Shown here in pieces: positions 1-11,798 of a stretch of 64,000 nucleotides of DNA. The position numbers and the translations under genes are program-made. Every line of letters begins with the position of its first letter. Positions within the stretch are counted from its first letter, which is position 1. A model generated the notes under the pieces. The model was not told where the DNA came from, made no database searches, and saw only the letters and a list, made by a program, of their open reading frames with translations. The DNA comes from Octopus sinensis (lineage: Eukaryota). The stretch covers positions 112,406,001 to 112,470,000 of the forward strand of contig NC_042999.1 in assembly GCF_006345805.1 (NCBI RefSeq). The letters run 5' to 3'.

Positions 1-87
1 TTTTCACTGCAAAACGCAGTGTTTATTAAAAGGGAGATTGAAAACTATTTAGAAAGAGTATGTCTTATATAACTGGCTGGATATCGA

Positions 88-722
88 GAGAACGAAGCAG
101 GAAGAGGAAGTGTGAATGTATTTGAATACTGGGCGGTTTAAGAAACTAGGAAGTTAGGGACAATGCAGCGAGTTAGAAAGAAAGAGTACATCTTCCAGAG
201 AGTCTCATAAAAGTAAATAATAAATAGGATGTACACTGGCCAAATGTCGCCGGTTTGCAACCCTTATTTTTGTTATTTTCTTATTAGCCCGACATTCCGC
301 CAAATCCATATCATAATACAACCAGTTGTGAAGTGCGCAGTGTTATCTCAGAACCACTCCAGTAATCTTGCATAAAAGGGAAAAGAAAAAGTAGTTTGCT
401 TTTAAGATCCCTTATAAATATTATTGTGTTACTTTGATAATTATGATGAATTTACCAGCTTCGGTGGGTTTGTATAACATAGACTTCTAAAATACTAATA
501 CTCAGAGATTCTGTAACTGACGATCACTCTCTTAAGTCATTATCCGTTTTAGCGATATCTGTCATTTATATGTGATATGGTTCGAAGCGGAATAATATTG
601 AATCAAATGTAACCGATATTAAAACCATATTGAGATCTTCTTCCTTGTCATGTGTATGTATATATATATATATCGAGAACGAAGCAGGAAGAGGAAGTGT
701 GAATGTATTTGAATACTGGGCG
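88..722. repeat. 48-bp exact direct repeat pair (88-135 and 675-722)
   Basis: GAGAACGAAGCAGGAAGAGGAAGTGTGAATGTATTTGAATACTGGGCG occurs at both positions; the second copy abuts a mariner end. Confidence 0.9.
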
Positions 723-736
723 TATCAAAAAGTATC

Positions 737-1593
737 CGAGGTGTAGTCAAAAAGTATACGACCATAATTTGGGGGGGGGTGCACAAAATAAAAATGCGTG
801 GGCAAAATCTGCATAAGAATTAGGTAGCCGCGTCCTTCCTGAGCATGCACAAAACTTTTCGTGTTTGTAGCTTGCACTATTCGCCCGCAATGATGTGTTG
901 GGTACCGACGGGAAGAGTGTGCTGTGCGATCTTTCTTTTTGAGTCAACATGACCGAGCACATTGAGCAAAGATACTGTATCAAATTCTGCCTAAAACATA
1001 GTGATGCACAAGCCAAGACTATCGAGAAGTTTCAGATAATGCTATAGGAAGAACACAGATGAAGGAATGGAAGACCGGTTCAAAGATGGCCGCACCTCAG
1101 TGGACAGTGAACCAGACAATCAACAAAGAATACCACCTGGGAGTTCTTCGTTGCCTTCATGAAACTGTGCGGCGAAAACGACCCGACCTGTAGGCAGCAA
1201 AGAACTGACAACTCCGCTATGACAACGCATCCGCTCACACCGCTCACGTCACCCAAGCATTCCTCGTCAAGTAAAAAACAACACGTGTTCGTCAAGCTTC
1301 CTACTCCCAAGACTTGGCTTCCAGTGACTTTTGGCTATTCCCAGGGCTCAAAAAAAAACACTCAAAGGGGGATTTAAGTCAAGAGAGGGCATTGAAGAAA
1401 ATTCGACTACATAGTTCTACAGTTTCCCAAAAAGTGATTTTCAGAAATGTTTCCAGCAGTAGCAGGAACGCTGGCAGAAGTGTGTAGACTCCCAGGGCGA
1501 ATACTTTGAAGGAGGCTAAATCAATATGGTAAGTTTTTTTTAATATTTCTTGTTTTTTTGGTCAAAGCTCGGATACCTTTTGACTACACTTCG
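737..1593 (+). mobile_element. Internally deleted mariner (Tc1/mariner) DNA transposon
   Basis: 25-bp TIRs: CGAGGTGTAGTCAAAAAGTATACGA (737-761) and the reverse complement of 1569-1593, 22/25 identical. Transposase remnants lie inside. Confidence 0.9.
949..1519 (+). pseudogene. Mariner transposase pseudogene (HTH N-terminus joined to C-terminal catalytic part)
   Basis: MTEHIEQRYCIKFCLK, RFKDGRTSVDSEP, RRKRPDL..YDNASAH, YSQDLASSDFWLFP, RWQKCVDSQGEYFEGG*. Multiple stops and frameshifts; central region missing. Confidence 0.88.
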
Positions 1594-1595
1594 TG

Positions 1596-1607
1596 TATAT
1601 ATATATG

Positions 1608-1665
<58 letters not shown>

Positions 1666-1721
1666 GTGTGTGTGTGTGTGTGTGCGTGCGTGTGCGTGTG
1701 TGAGTGTGTATGTATGTATAT

Positions 1722-1760
<39 letters not shown>

Positions 1761-1794
1761 CATACATACATACATACATACATACATACATACA

Positions 1795-1827
<33 letters not shown>

Positions 1828-1850
1828 TTATGTGTGTGTATATATATATA
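1596..1850. repeat. Compound microsatellite (TA)n-(TG)n-(TAGA)n-(TACA)n
   Basis: Read directly; representative of dozens of similar arrays across the window. Confidence 0.97.
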
Positions 1851-2738
1851 TAGCTGAAAGGGGGTTAAGAATTCATACAAATCAATGGTTGTGGGTAAAA
1901 AGTAAAAGTGGAAACTGAACGGAGGTATGTTCAAAGATCATTTTTACTTTTTAAATTTTTGTCCATTTGTGGTTGCTCTTAATTTTAAGAGTTCTATTTC
2001 CGTGTTTATTTTATTAAAAGACATTTGTTCCCGAACTTCAGTGGGTAGAGGTTATCCATTTCTCATAAATTCCAGCTTTGTTCATATTTTTCACCATAAT
2101 GCAAAATGGGAATTTTTTGTTAAGTGTTTTTTTTTACCAAATATGTCCGATTTTACACTTAATGTGGTGTGAAGTCTCTTGTTCTGATTTACTGCTCCTT
2201 AATTTTTCCATGGTGTTGCATAATTGCTGTATATTGAAACGAGCTTCTTGGTTGTTCCGTTGGCTTCGTTGTTGCCATCATACGTAGGGTTGTATAGCTT
2301 GAGTGTGTGAGTGTATGTGTATGTGTGTGTGTGTGTGTGTGTGTCTGAGTGTGTGTGTGTGTGTGTCTGTGTGTGTGTGTGTGTGTGTCTGTGTGGTTAT
2401 GTCTAGGGAGAGTTATTACGCCAATATTATTAACACACGCACTTGTTCGATTCCACTCCTTTATTATTAATCGATTGTTTGTTTAATTTGGTTAAACAGT
2501 AAGATATTTGTTTTGTTTTGTTTGCCAAAGCTCTTTCGTTGCTACTTGCAATCTTTTCAATGACTATTGACTTAGTCCGTTACGGAGGCTGCGTTTGTCT
2601 GCTTGAAATTTTTTTGAGTGAGTATGCGTGTGTACTTGTGTATGTATGCATTTATGTATGTATGTATGTATGTATGTATGTATGTATGTATGTATGTATG
2701 TATGCATGTATGTATGTACGTATGTACGTATGTATGTA

Positions 2739-2974
2739 CAGTAATCCCTCGACTATCGCGGGTGTTACGTTCCAAAACCTCCGCGATAGGTGAAAATCTG
2801 TGAAGTAGAAACACTACTGTACTGTATATTTTTTAAAGTTATTTTTATAATTTGTATATATTTATTTTATTATAAATGCAAAACAACACCACAGAGGAAT
2901 CAGCGTAAGCTTAAATAATAAACCGCGATAGGTGAAGCGCGATAAATGAACCACGATATGGCGAGAGATTACTG
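2739..2974. mobile_element. Tigger/pogo-like MITE, 236 bp
   Basis: TA|CAGTAATCCCTCGACTATCGCGG ... CCACGATATGGCGAGAGATTACTG|TA: imperfect ~23-bp TIR, TA target duplication, subterminal CCGCGATAGGTGAA repeats. Confidence 0.85.
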
Positions 2975-3249
2975 TATTTCTATAATTCAATAGGCATTCT
3001 TTAGTATAGTATGAAGTGTGAATAGGAATGATGAAAAAAGTGGTGGATTACTTTATGATGACTTTATGATTATTCATAGTGGGGTACTAATAATTACCAT
3101 ACACAAGCGAATAAGGATAAAGGGACAAAACAGAAGTAATAAACCCAAGAGATAAAAGAATAAGTATCAAAGATAAGGGCAGCTTTGTGCGTGTATGTAT
3201 GTAATTATATGTATGTATACATGGTTGCATATGCATATGTAAGTGTGTG

Positions 3250-3423
3250 TGACAACCGGTGTTGGTGTATTTACGTCCCCTTAACATAGCGTTTCGGCAA
3301 AAGTGAAAGCTAGAATTCATACCAGGCTTTTAAAAAAAGTACTGGGGTCGGTTCCATCGACTAAAATTCTTCTGGAGGGTAGTCCAGCATGGCCGCAGTC
3401 TAATGACTGAAACAAGTAAAAGA
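3250..3423 (+). mobile_element. SINE family B, 3' module only
   Basis: ACAACCGGTGTTGGTG...CAGCATGGCCGCAGTCTAATGACTGAAACAAGTAAAAGA matches the 3' module of other family B copies in the window. Confidence 0.8.
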
Positions 3424-3439
3424 TTGTACATATATATAT

Positions 3440-3957
3440 TGGCACAAGCATTGCAGTGTTGTAACAGGCTTGCTTCCCAACGATGTGGTTTTGACCACAT
3501 GATTTCGTGTTCACTCACCTCTGTGTGACACCTTGGGTAGTGTCTTTTACTATAGCGTAGGGCTGACCAAAGCTCTGGGAGTAAATTTGCTAGGCGGAAA
3601 CTGAAAGAAGCCCGTTGTGAGTGTGTGTGTGTGTGTGTGCGAGTGTCTGTGTGTATGTGTGTTTGTGTGTGTGTGTGTGTGCGAGTGTCTGTGTGTATGT
3701 GTGTTTGTGTGTGTGTGTGTGTGCGTGTTTGTGCGTGTGTGCGTGTATGCTTATGTGTATTGTCCCCCACCCCACCACTGGACAACCGCTTTTGGTCTTT
3801 TTACATCCCCCTAACTTAGCAGTTCAGCAAAAGAGACCGATAGAATACGAAATACAATATTTTAAAAAGATATTAGTAGTCGTGTTGATCTGTTCGACTA
3901 AAACCCCTCAAAGCGATGCTGCAAAATGACCGCAACCCAATGAAGCAAGTAAAAGAT
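3440..3957 (+). mobile_element. SINE family B (tRNA/CORE-like head, internal TG microsatellite, 3' module), diverged
   Basis: Head with GACACCTTGGGTAGTGTCTTTTACTATAGC...GGAAACTGAAAGAAGCCCG, central (TG)n, then the 3' module. Confidence 0.8.
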
Positions 3958-3981
3958 AGCTAGGTAGCTATCTATCTAGCT

Positions 3982-4232
<251 letters not shown>

Positions 4233-4375
4233 TACGGAATGGTCGGACGGCCAATAATCACACGTATTAGTTGTTACTTTCAGTTATAGTTTTATTTTTA
4301 ACTCATTTTCGTAGCACCTATGTGTGTGGTTACTTCATGTTATCTTTTAGAGTCCAGTCTCTTTTTTGTTCTATA

Positions 4376-4894
4376 TCTATATATATAAAACTGTAGTTGT
4401 GTGAGTGTCTGTCTCCTACGATTTAGATTCCTAACTCCTCCCACATTTTGCGGTGCAGTTTAACAAAATTCGGGTATCTTATAGTCGTGATTAATATCGA
4501 GCCCGTCTGGCTATTAGCGCGCGTCTACGATGAGTCTACGATTTTAAAAATAATTTAACATCATTTTTTATTCCTTTTAATGCATAATTTTTCGTGTGTC
4601 GATGGCGGCGGAGTTGGCGTCCACGCTCAACACACACCTGCACCTGTGTTTGCTTCTCCCCCTTCTTCCCTCCCTCGTGAAGCTGTGGAGAAGGGAGTTT
4701 AAGGAAATCAACGTCGTAATGCGTTGTCAAGGAGACCAGCGTTCTTTTAGAACAACGACTTCATGGCTTGAAGACACCAAAACAGAAATGGCTAAGAAAG
4801 CCCGAATTGGCATCTATAAGGGAAGTAACTCTCTAAAAATGCTTATATAGTTATTTCCCTTACAAATCCGAGCAACGCCGGGCGATACTGCTAG
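4376..4894 (+). mobile_element. Non-autonomous Helitron, 519 bp
   Basis: A|TCTATATATATAAAA 5' end; 3' hairpin CCGAGCAACGCCGG (4868-4881) about 10 nt before CTAG|T; sits between A and T with no TSD. Confidence 0.85.
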
Positions 4895-5041
4895 TGTATT
4901 GATATAATTTTTTACTATATAGAGCAACCTTCATACACTTGTTCATTTGTAAACACTATTACAAACTCGAGATTAGATATGCTTTGATTGTCCGTCATTG
5001 CTATTATTTTATATACGCCTATTGTTGCATTTATTATGTCC

Positions 5042-5279
5042 ACTTAATCCGTGTGTCTGTCCTTGTTTGTCCCCTCTGTGTTAGCTCTTTGTGGGTAGTA
5101 AAGAAATAGGTATTTTGTCTGTCTTTACGTTCTGAGTTCAAATTCCGCCGAGGTCGACTTTGCCTTTCATCCTTTCGGGGTCGATAAATTAATTACCAAT
5201 TGCGTCCTGCGCTCGATGTAATTGAGTTGCCCCATCTCCTCAAAAATTCCGGGCCTTGTACCTAGAGTAGAAAAGAATA
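5042..5279 (+). mobile_element. SINE family A, 5'-truncated dimeric form
   Basis: Tail-1 (GTCCTTGTTTGTCCCCTCTGTG...GTAAAGAAATAG) fused to a second unit carrying the B box GAGTTCAAATTCC and tail-2 GGGCCTTGTACCTAG. Confidence 0.8.
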
Positions 5280-5290
5280 TATCTACAATT

Positions 5291-5635
5291 GTGAAGGCGT
5301 GTGGCTTAGTGGTCAGGGTATTCGGCTGGTTAGGGTATTCAGTGGAGAGTTCAATTCCCGGTAACGCATTGTGTCCTTGAGCAAGAGACTTTGTTTCACG
5401 TTGCTCCTGTCCACTCAGCTGCCAAAAATGAGTTGTACCTGTATTTTAACGGGCCAGCTTTGTCACATTCTGTGTGACGCTGAACCTTCCTAAGAACATT
5501 CTATGTCACGCTGAACCTCCCTGAAGATACATGTGTCTGTGGAATGCTCAGCCACTTGCACGTTAATTTCAAGAGCAAGCTGTTCTGTTGATCAGATGAA
5601 TTGGAACTCTTGTCGTCGTAATGGAGCGCCAGTTA
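5291..5635 (+). mobile_element. SINE family C (tRNA-derived, CORE-like)
   Basis: A box TGGCTTAGTGGTCAG, B box GAGTTCAATTCC, CORE-like GTGTCCTTGAGCAAGAGACTT; internal ~31-bp tandem duplication near 5465-5527. Confidence 0.75.
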
Positions 5636-6057
5636 TCTAGTATTGAATTATCCAGTATATTTCGGTATTTTTACGACAGAAAGATATAATGTCAGGGAGT
5701 CATGGCTGCTATATTTTCGTTGGAATATGTATGTGCATGCGCATGCGCATCTGTTGATGTATGTGTGTATATATATATATGTCTGCATGTGCATGCATAT
5801 GCCTGTGTGTTTGTGGGGACGCGTGCGTGCGTGTGTGTGTGTGCACGTGTGCGCTTGCGTGTGTTGGCTTATGTGTAGCATGTTTACGTACCAGGGAATT
5901 TTGACGAAATATTTCAATTCATTCAGATAAATAAATAGAATTTTTTTTTACCAAAAATATTCTTTTGCAGCAAACCGATATTTGGTTATTTCGGTAAGAA
6001 TGTAAACAACTCAGAGCTTGACTAGAAATCCACACTGAGAGGAGATTAAGTAAAAGG

Positions 6058-6251
6058 GAATATATATATAGTTTTATATACACATATATATATAGTCTTA
6101 TATACACATATATATATAGTCTTATATACACATATATATATAGTCTTATATACACATATATATATAGTCTTATATACACATATATATATATAGCCTTATA
6201 TACACATATATATAGTCTTATATACACATATATATATAGTCTTATATACAC
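6058..6251. repeat. 24-bp minisatellite, about 8 copies (TATATATATAGTCTTATATACACA)
   Basis: Read directly; produces the 8-aa periodicity in ORF 5919..6251. Confidence 0.92.
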
Positions 6252-6689
6252 ATGTGTTGTGTGTGTGTGTGTGGTGTGTGTGTGTGTGTGTGTGTTTATG
6301 TATATATATATATATGTATATATATAATAGGGTGTAAAGTTGTGACCTTTAGAATGTTTTTGAAACTTTTGTAAAACCTAAAAGAAAATGGCTACCTTAC
6401 CAGAACTTTCAATAATGTCACCAATATAAAAATGAGATTCAAATTGAACTGAAGACCGTTAGGATCTATACTGTTCTTAGATTTTATTTTTTGTTTGTTT
6501 GTTTGTTTGTTTGTTTTTTGGCGGAGTATCGTGCATGTGTGTGTGTGCTCGCGTGAATGTGTGTGTCTATGCATATTTGTATATACGGTTTCTAATCTTC
6601 CCTTTCCTTTCATTTTTTTTTATATTTCCCACTTATATTAAATATAAATTTCATCCATAGACATGATTATAGTTATTAACTCTGATAGA

Positions 6690-6870
6690 GTAGACCTTAT
6701 AATCAAAGACATTCCAGTGGCGACCATCCCGTCTCTGAAGGGGTAAAGTAGAATTACAATATCTAATTAATGTGCTCTTTCCTTTTCTTTTAATATGATG
6801 GGCTGCGGTTTGAGGAAGATTTAGCAGCTACTTCTAGCAGATTTACTGGCCGCGTAAATACTTCCAAATG
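6690..6870 (-). mobile_element. Old SINE-like repeat family D
   Basis: Shares GACCTTATAATCAAAGACATTCCAG..GACCATCCCGTC and GATTTAGCAGCTACTTCTAGCAG with diverged copies near 10480-10590, 19170-19365, 20040-20150, 31440-31660, 34480-34630, 41880-42060 and 54425-54500. Confidence 0.6.
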
Positions 6871-6994
6871 TGGTGTGATACGCATGCACAATGACATTTA
6901 CGTATGTATGTGTATGTGTGTGTGTGAGTTTGTGTATACATGTATATATATGTATATACGTATATATATTTATACATATTCTTCTATTCTTTTA

Positions 6995-7347
6995 TTCTTT
7001 TACTTGATTCGGTCATCTGACTGCGGCCATGCTGGAGCACCACCTTTAGTCGAACAAATCGACTTACTGTTTGTAAGCTTAGTATTTATTCTATCGGTCT
7101 TTTGCCGAACCGCTAAGTTACGAGGACGTAAAAACACCAACGTCGGTTGTCAAGCATATATATATATATATATATATATACATACGATGGACTTCTTTTA
7201 GTTTCCGTCTACCAAATCTACTCACAAGGCTTTGGTCGACCCGAGGCTATAGTAGAAGACACTTGCCCAAGGTGCCACGCAGTGGGACTGAACCCAGAAC
7301 CATGTGGTTGGGAAGCAAGCTTCTTACTGCACAGCCACTCCGGCGCC
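6995..7347 (-). mobile_element. SINE family B, near full length, internal (TA)n
   Basis: Reverse strand reads GGCGCCGGAGTGGCTGTGCAGTAAGAAGCTTGCTTCCCAACCACATGGTTCTGGGTTCAGTCCC (pol III A/B boxes) through to the 3' module. Confidence 0.88.
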
Positions 7348-7497
7348 TTTATGTATATAATACACAGAAAACGGAAGTAATGTACGCGGGCACAGGTGAA
7401 CCACTCCAGGCACAGCAAGTACCCGACAATGAGAAGCAAACTTCCTTTCCCTCTAAGAAAGGGAGATTTTTTTTTACCACCAAACTGATGAACTATT

Positions 7498-8038
7498 GCA
7501 ATAATAATTCTCTAAACGAGATATAGCAATAATAATTCTCTAAACGAGATATAGACAGTAACTGCTCCATAACATAAGGGACGTTAGCCATCTGAATGTG
7601 GCTAGGGACAGGGCAGGGCGGTGGGGGTGTTACTGATGCATTTAGCCCCAGGCGATCATCAACGTCACCAGGAGGGCTGACGCCATCACGGCGTCCTCTA
7701 GCCTGCAAAGGGAGATCATTCCCCGAAGAAGCGGATGCTACATACGGACCTAGGTTTCAAGGTGTTTGCCTATTATCAACGTATGGCAGGCACCGCCCCT
7801 CGACGAACGACTCTCTGTGCAGGCTATATATAAAGATTTTCACAGTAAATACATTTACTGATGTAGAAAATCCGTTCGACAGCAATAATAATTCTCTAAA
7901 CGAGATATAGACAGTAACTGCTCCATAACATAAGGGACGTTAGCCATCTGAATGTGGCTAGGGACATGGCAGGGCGGTGGGGGTGTTACTGATGCATTTA
8001 GCCCCAGGCGATCATCAACGTCACCAGGAGGGCTGACG
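7498..8038. repeat. 158-bp direct repeats (7525-7682, 7881-8038) around a 198-bp GC-richer core, preceded by a 28-bp tandem duplication
   Basis: Period 356 bp; the copies differ at one position that I could see; the 28-mer GCAATAATAATTCTCTAAACGAGATATA occurs at 7498, 7526 and 7882. Confidence 0.9.
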
Positions 8039-8383
8039 TTCTTATCAGTAGTAGACGCAAAACCAATGGTATCTTTCTAACTGGTTATTGCCATAACCAG
8101 GTATAAACTACTCGACTACATAAAAGTAAATACGTGTGTGTGTGTGTGTGTGTGTAGTTGGAATTTACAAAAAAGCAAAAGACGAAGACGGATGTGTAAA
8201 CAACAAACAGGTGTATTAGTTTAACGCTCGGGAAGGTAAGAAAGTCTTTTGCGTTTCGAGCCTACGCTCTCCAAAAGAAATGAACACGAGAAAATAAACA
8301 GAGAGGGAATAAAAAACAGCTTTAGTGGCTTATATTAATATATCTATATAATATATATATATACAATATATATGTGTATATGC

Positions 8384-8415
<32 letters not shown>

Positions 8416-8724
8416 TGTATGTATATATATATATATATGATATATATATATTTGACACCATGTAAGAGTCACTCGGTAACTGTGCCTCTTCACTCGTCTC
8501 CAGAAAGAAGGCAAATCAACCCCAGGGAAATCTCTACTCAGAACGTTAAGGACATAGGCATAGATTTGTGAATAAATACACTACGCACACACACACACAT
8601 ACACATACTCACGCACAGATACACACACACGCGCATACAAACATATATTCACACACTCATGTACATACATACATGTCTATTGCTGTCCTACATACGTACA
8701 TATATACACATATTTTATTTTATA

Positions 8725-8770
<46 letters not shown>

Positions 8771-8784
8771 TGATATATGCGTCT

Positions 8785-8832
<48 letters not shown>

Positions 8833-8838
8833 ATATAG

Positions 8839-9347
8839 GTAAGGAAAAATTTTTTTTTAATGCAGAATGCTCAAATGAAAGAAAATTTTAATAAAATGAG
8901 AAAATGATAAAATATATAAATATATATTTATTCAACCGGTGAAGAACCAGGACCACAATTACTACTACTTCCTGTCCTGCAACATGCTGAATTTAACAAC
9001 ACAACACATCACATGCTCTTAATCCCTTTGGATCTTAACACCTCAAGGTAATTTTTTGGTAAACAACCATAAAACTCAAGATACACAACGAACTCACAAT
9101 GTATCGGAGAACTTATTTTTAATTTTTGTACATTTTTATCATTATTCTTTTACAAAAAACAATGCAATTTTCTTTTTCCCCTTTCTAATTTTTAAAAAAA
9201 CTTCTTAAAACATAAATATTCTTGACAAGTCATACAATGACGAAAACCGGTTGAATAAATATATATTATATATTTTATCATTTTCTCATTTTATTAAAAA
9301 TTTCTTTCATTTGAGCATTCTGCATTTTTAAAAAAATTTTTCCTTAC
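8839..9347. mobile_element. Penelope-like terminal remnant with 102-bp inverted repeats (8839-8940 / 9246-9347)
   Basis: Arms are near-identical reverse complements ending at ACCGGT; a hammerhead-like motif lies at 9217-9257. The PLE assignment is inference. Confidence 0.6.
9217..9257 (+). ncRNA. Hammerhead-like motif, U3-A8 core variant, possibly inactive
   Basis: TATTC-TTGACAA-GTCA(TACAA)TGAC-GAAAA-CCGG-TT-GAATA: stem I 5 bp, stem II 4 bp, palindromic stem III; one extra A in the GAAA tract. Confidence 0.5.
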
Positions 9348-9394
9348 TTATCATTTCTCCACGTGCGGTCAACACAACCCACCATTTATTGATC

Positions 9395-9447
<53 letters not shown>

Positions 9448-9450
<3 letters not shown>

Positions 9451-9701
9451 TTGCTTCAGTCATTTGACTGCGGCCATGCTGGGGCACCGCTTTGAAGGGT
9501 TTTAGTCGAACAAATCGACTTTTTTTTTTCAAACCTGATGCTTATTCTATGGGTTTCTTTTTGCTGAACCGCTAAGTTACGGTGACGTAAACACACCAGC
9601 ACCGATTGTCACGCGGTGGTGAGGGACAAACATAGACACAAAGACATACACAGATAAATACACACACACACACAACCACACACACATATATTATATATAT
9701 A

Positions 9702-9756
<55 letters not shown>

Positions 9757-9922
9757 GAAAGGCTTCTTTCAGTTTCCGTCTACCAAATCTACTCACAAGG
9801 CTTTGGTCGGCCCGAGGCTACAGTAGAAGACACTTGTCCAATGTGCCACACAGTAGGACTAAACTCGGGAACCATGTGGTTGGGAAGGAAGCTTCTTACC
9901 ACACAGCCACGCCTGTGCCTAT
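9448..9922 (-). mobile_element. SINE family B, full length, internal (CA)n/(TA)n
   Basis: Both modules present, same consensus as 6995-7347. Confidence 0.88.
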
Positions 9923-10000
9923 TTATATACATACATAAATACGTACGTACATAAAAAGGAGTTGCGCACATAAAAATTCAGTAACAAATAGTGCTTTCAA

Positions 10001-10360
10001 CAATAGGCACAAGGCCCGCAATTTCAGGAGCATGGATAGTCGTTCACATCGACCGCAATGTTTCACTGGTACTTAATTTATCGACCTCGGAGAAATTTGA
10101 GCTCAGAACGTAGTGGCAGACGAAATACCTATTTCTTTACTACCCACAAGGGGCTAAACACAGAGGGGACAAACAAGGACAGACAAACGATTAAGTCGAT
10201 TATATCGACCCCAGTGCGTAACTGGTACTTATTTAATCGACCCCCGAAAGGATGAAAGGCAAAGTCGACCTCGGCGGAATTTGAACTCAGAACGTAGCGG
10301 CAGACGAAATACCGCTGAGCATCTCGCCCGGCGTGCTAACGTTTCTGCCAGCTCGCCGCC
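10001..10360 (-). mobile_element. SINE family A, full dimeric form
   Basis: Reverse strand: GGCGGCGAGCTGGCAGAAACGTTAGCACGCCGGGCG head, B box, tail-1, then a headless second unit and tail-2. Confidence 0.88.
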
Positions 10361-11171
10361 TTAAATTCAATTATAAATAACAGTTCATAAGATATCAATC
10401 GCTGAGAGCGGGCAAGTTCCTTGTCTATTCTAGGCACAAGGCCCGAAATTTTGGGGGATTTACGCGTCTACCATGTTAAATAAGGGGACATGATGTATTA
10501 GATAACTCTGTCCTATAAACATCTAAAAGACAGGATGGTTACAATTTGCTTGATCAGGTTTAACTTCGGGCTAAACTACAACAACAAAAACTAATGCCTA
10601 CTTCCATTAACTTCATCGTACATAAGTATCTCTTTATCCTGTATTTGTCTTAAGATTTTTCCTTATCATTTCCCTTTCTTTTATTCTTTATTTTACTTCT
10701 CCCGCCTTTTTTCTTTTCTCTCTTCGATTCTTTCCTACTTTATTTCTGCCTTTCTTTGTTTCTCTCTTTCTTTCTAATCTAAAATGTGCCTGGCCGAGCT
10801 AGAATAATATTCAAACAATGGGAGAAATGAATTCAATTAAAGAAAAGACAATAGCAAAATTTATGAGTATTGTCCTCTACCCCAACACCGATAATGCAGG
10901 ACTTACCTGCAGAGAAATGCCCGCCATATCTTTCCCCTCTTAATAACATACCAGAATATTTTCAATTATCGGTCAGGATTAACTCAGGCGGCATGCTCCT
11001 CCCGACAGTACGCGGTGTTCTTTCACATCAGCAATAATAATCATCACAGTAATTAGAATATATTGTGCTGTTTCAAATTTCGTTTAGTTAAGGTCGAACG
11101 ACCATTGCTCACAGCTATGTTATATAATGGTTTGCATCAATATTCACTTATAAATGTGTGTCAGGGAGTGC

Positions 11172-11224
<53 letters not shown>

Positions 11225-11313
11225 TGAGTGTTTGAGTGTGCGTATAATAATCAAATATTTTTGATACTGGAATACATACACACACACATACATACATTAT
11301 AATATATATATAT

Positions 11314-11373
<60 letters not shown>

Positions 11374-11683
11374 ACACACACACGCACATATACAATATAT
11401 GTGTGTGTGTGTGTTTGTGTATACACCACACATACCTACATACATACATACATACATACATACATACATACATACATACATACATACACACATACATACA
11501 TACACACATCCCCACTCATAATCGTAAGATTGTTGTTTCGATTCCTAGACCGAATTATGCATTGGTTTTTGAGAAGAACACGTTGCTCCACTCCACTCAT
11601 CTGACAAAAATGGTTAATCCTATAATATATGGAATAATATACACCACAGCATCCGTTCGATGTCCAAGTAAGGACTTTCCATT

Positions 11684-11798
<115 letters not shown>

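Noticed and set aside
7630-7672. Reverse-strand TTGATGA-TC-GCC(TGG)GGC-TAAA-TGCA-TC resembling a hammerhead inside the 158-bp repeats
   Set aside because: G12 is replaced by T, position 3 does not pair with 8, and stem I does not form; probably chance.
8245-8285. Reverse-strand GAGC(GTAG)GCTC-GAAAC hairpin
   Set aside because: No CUGANGA-like core (TTTTGGA) and no stem III; at most a decayed PLE terminus.
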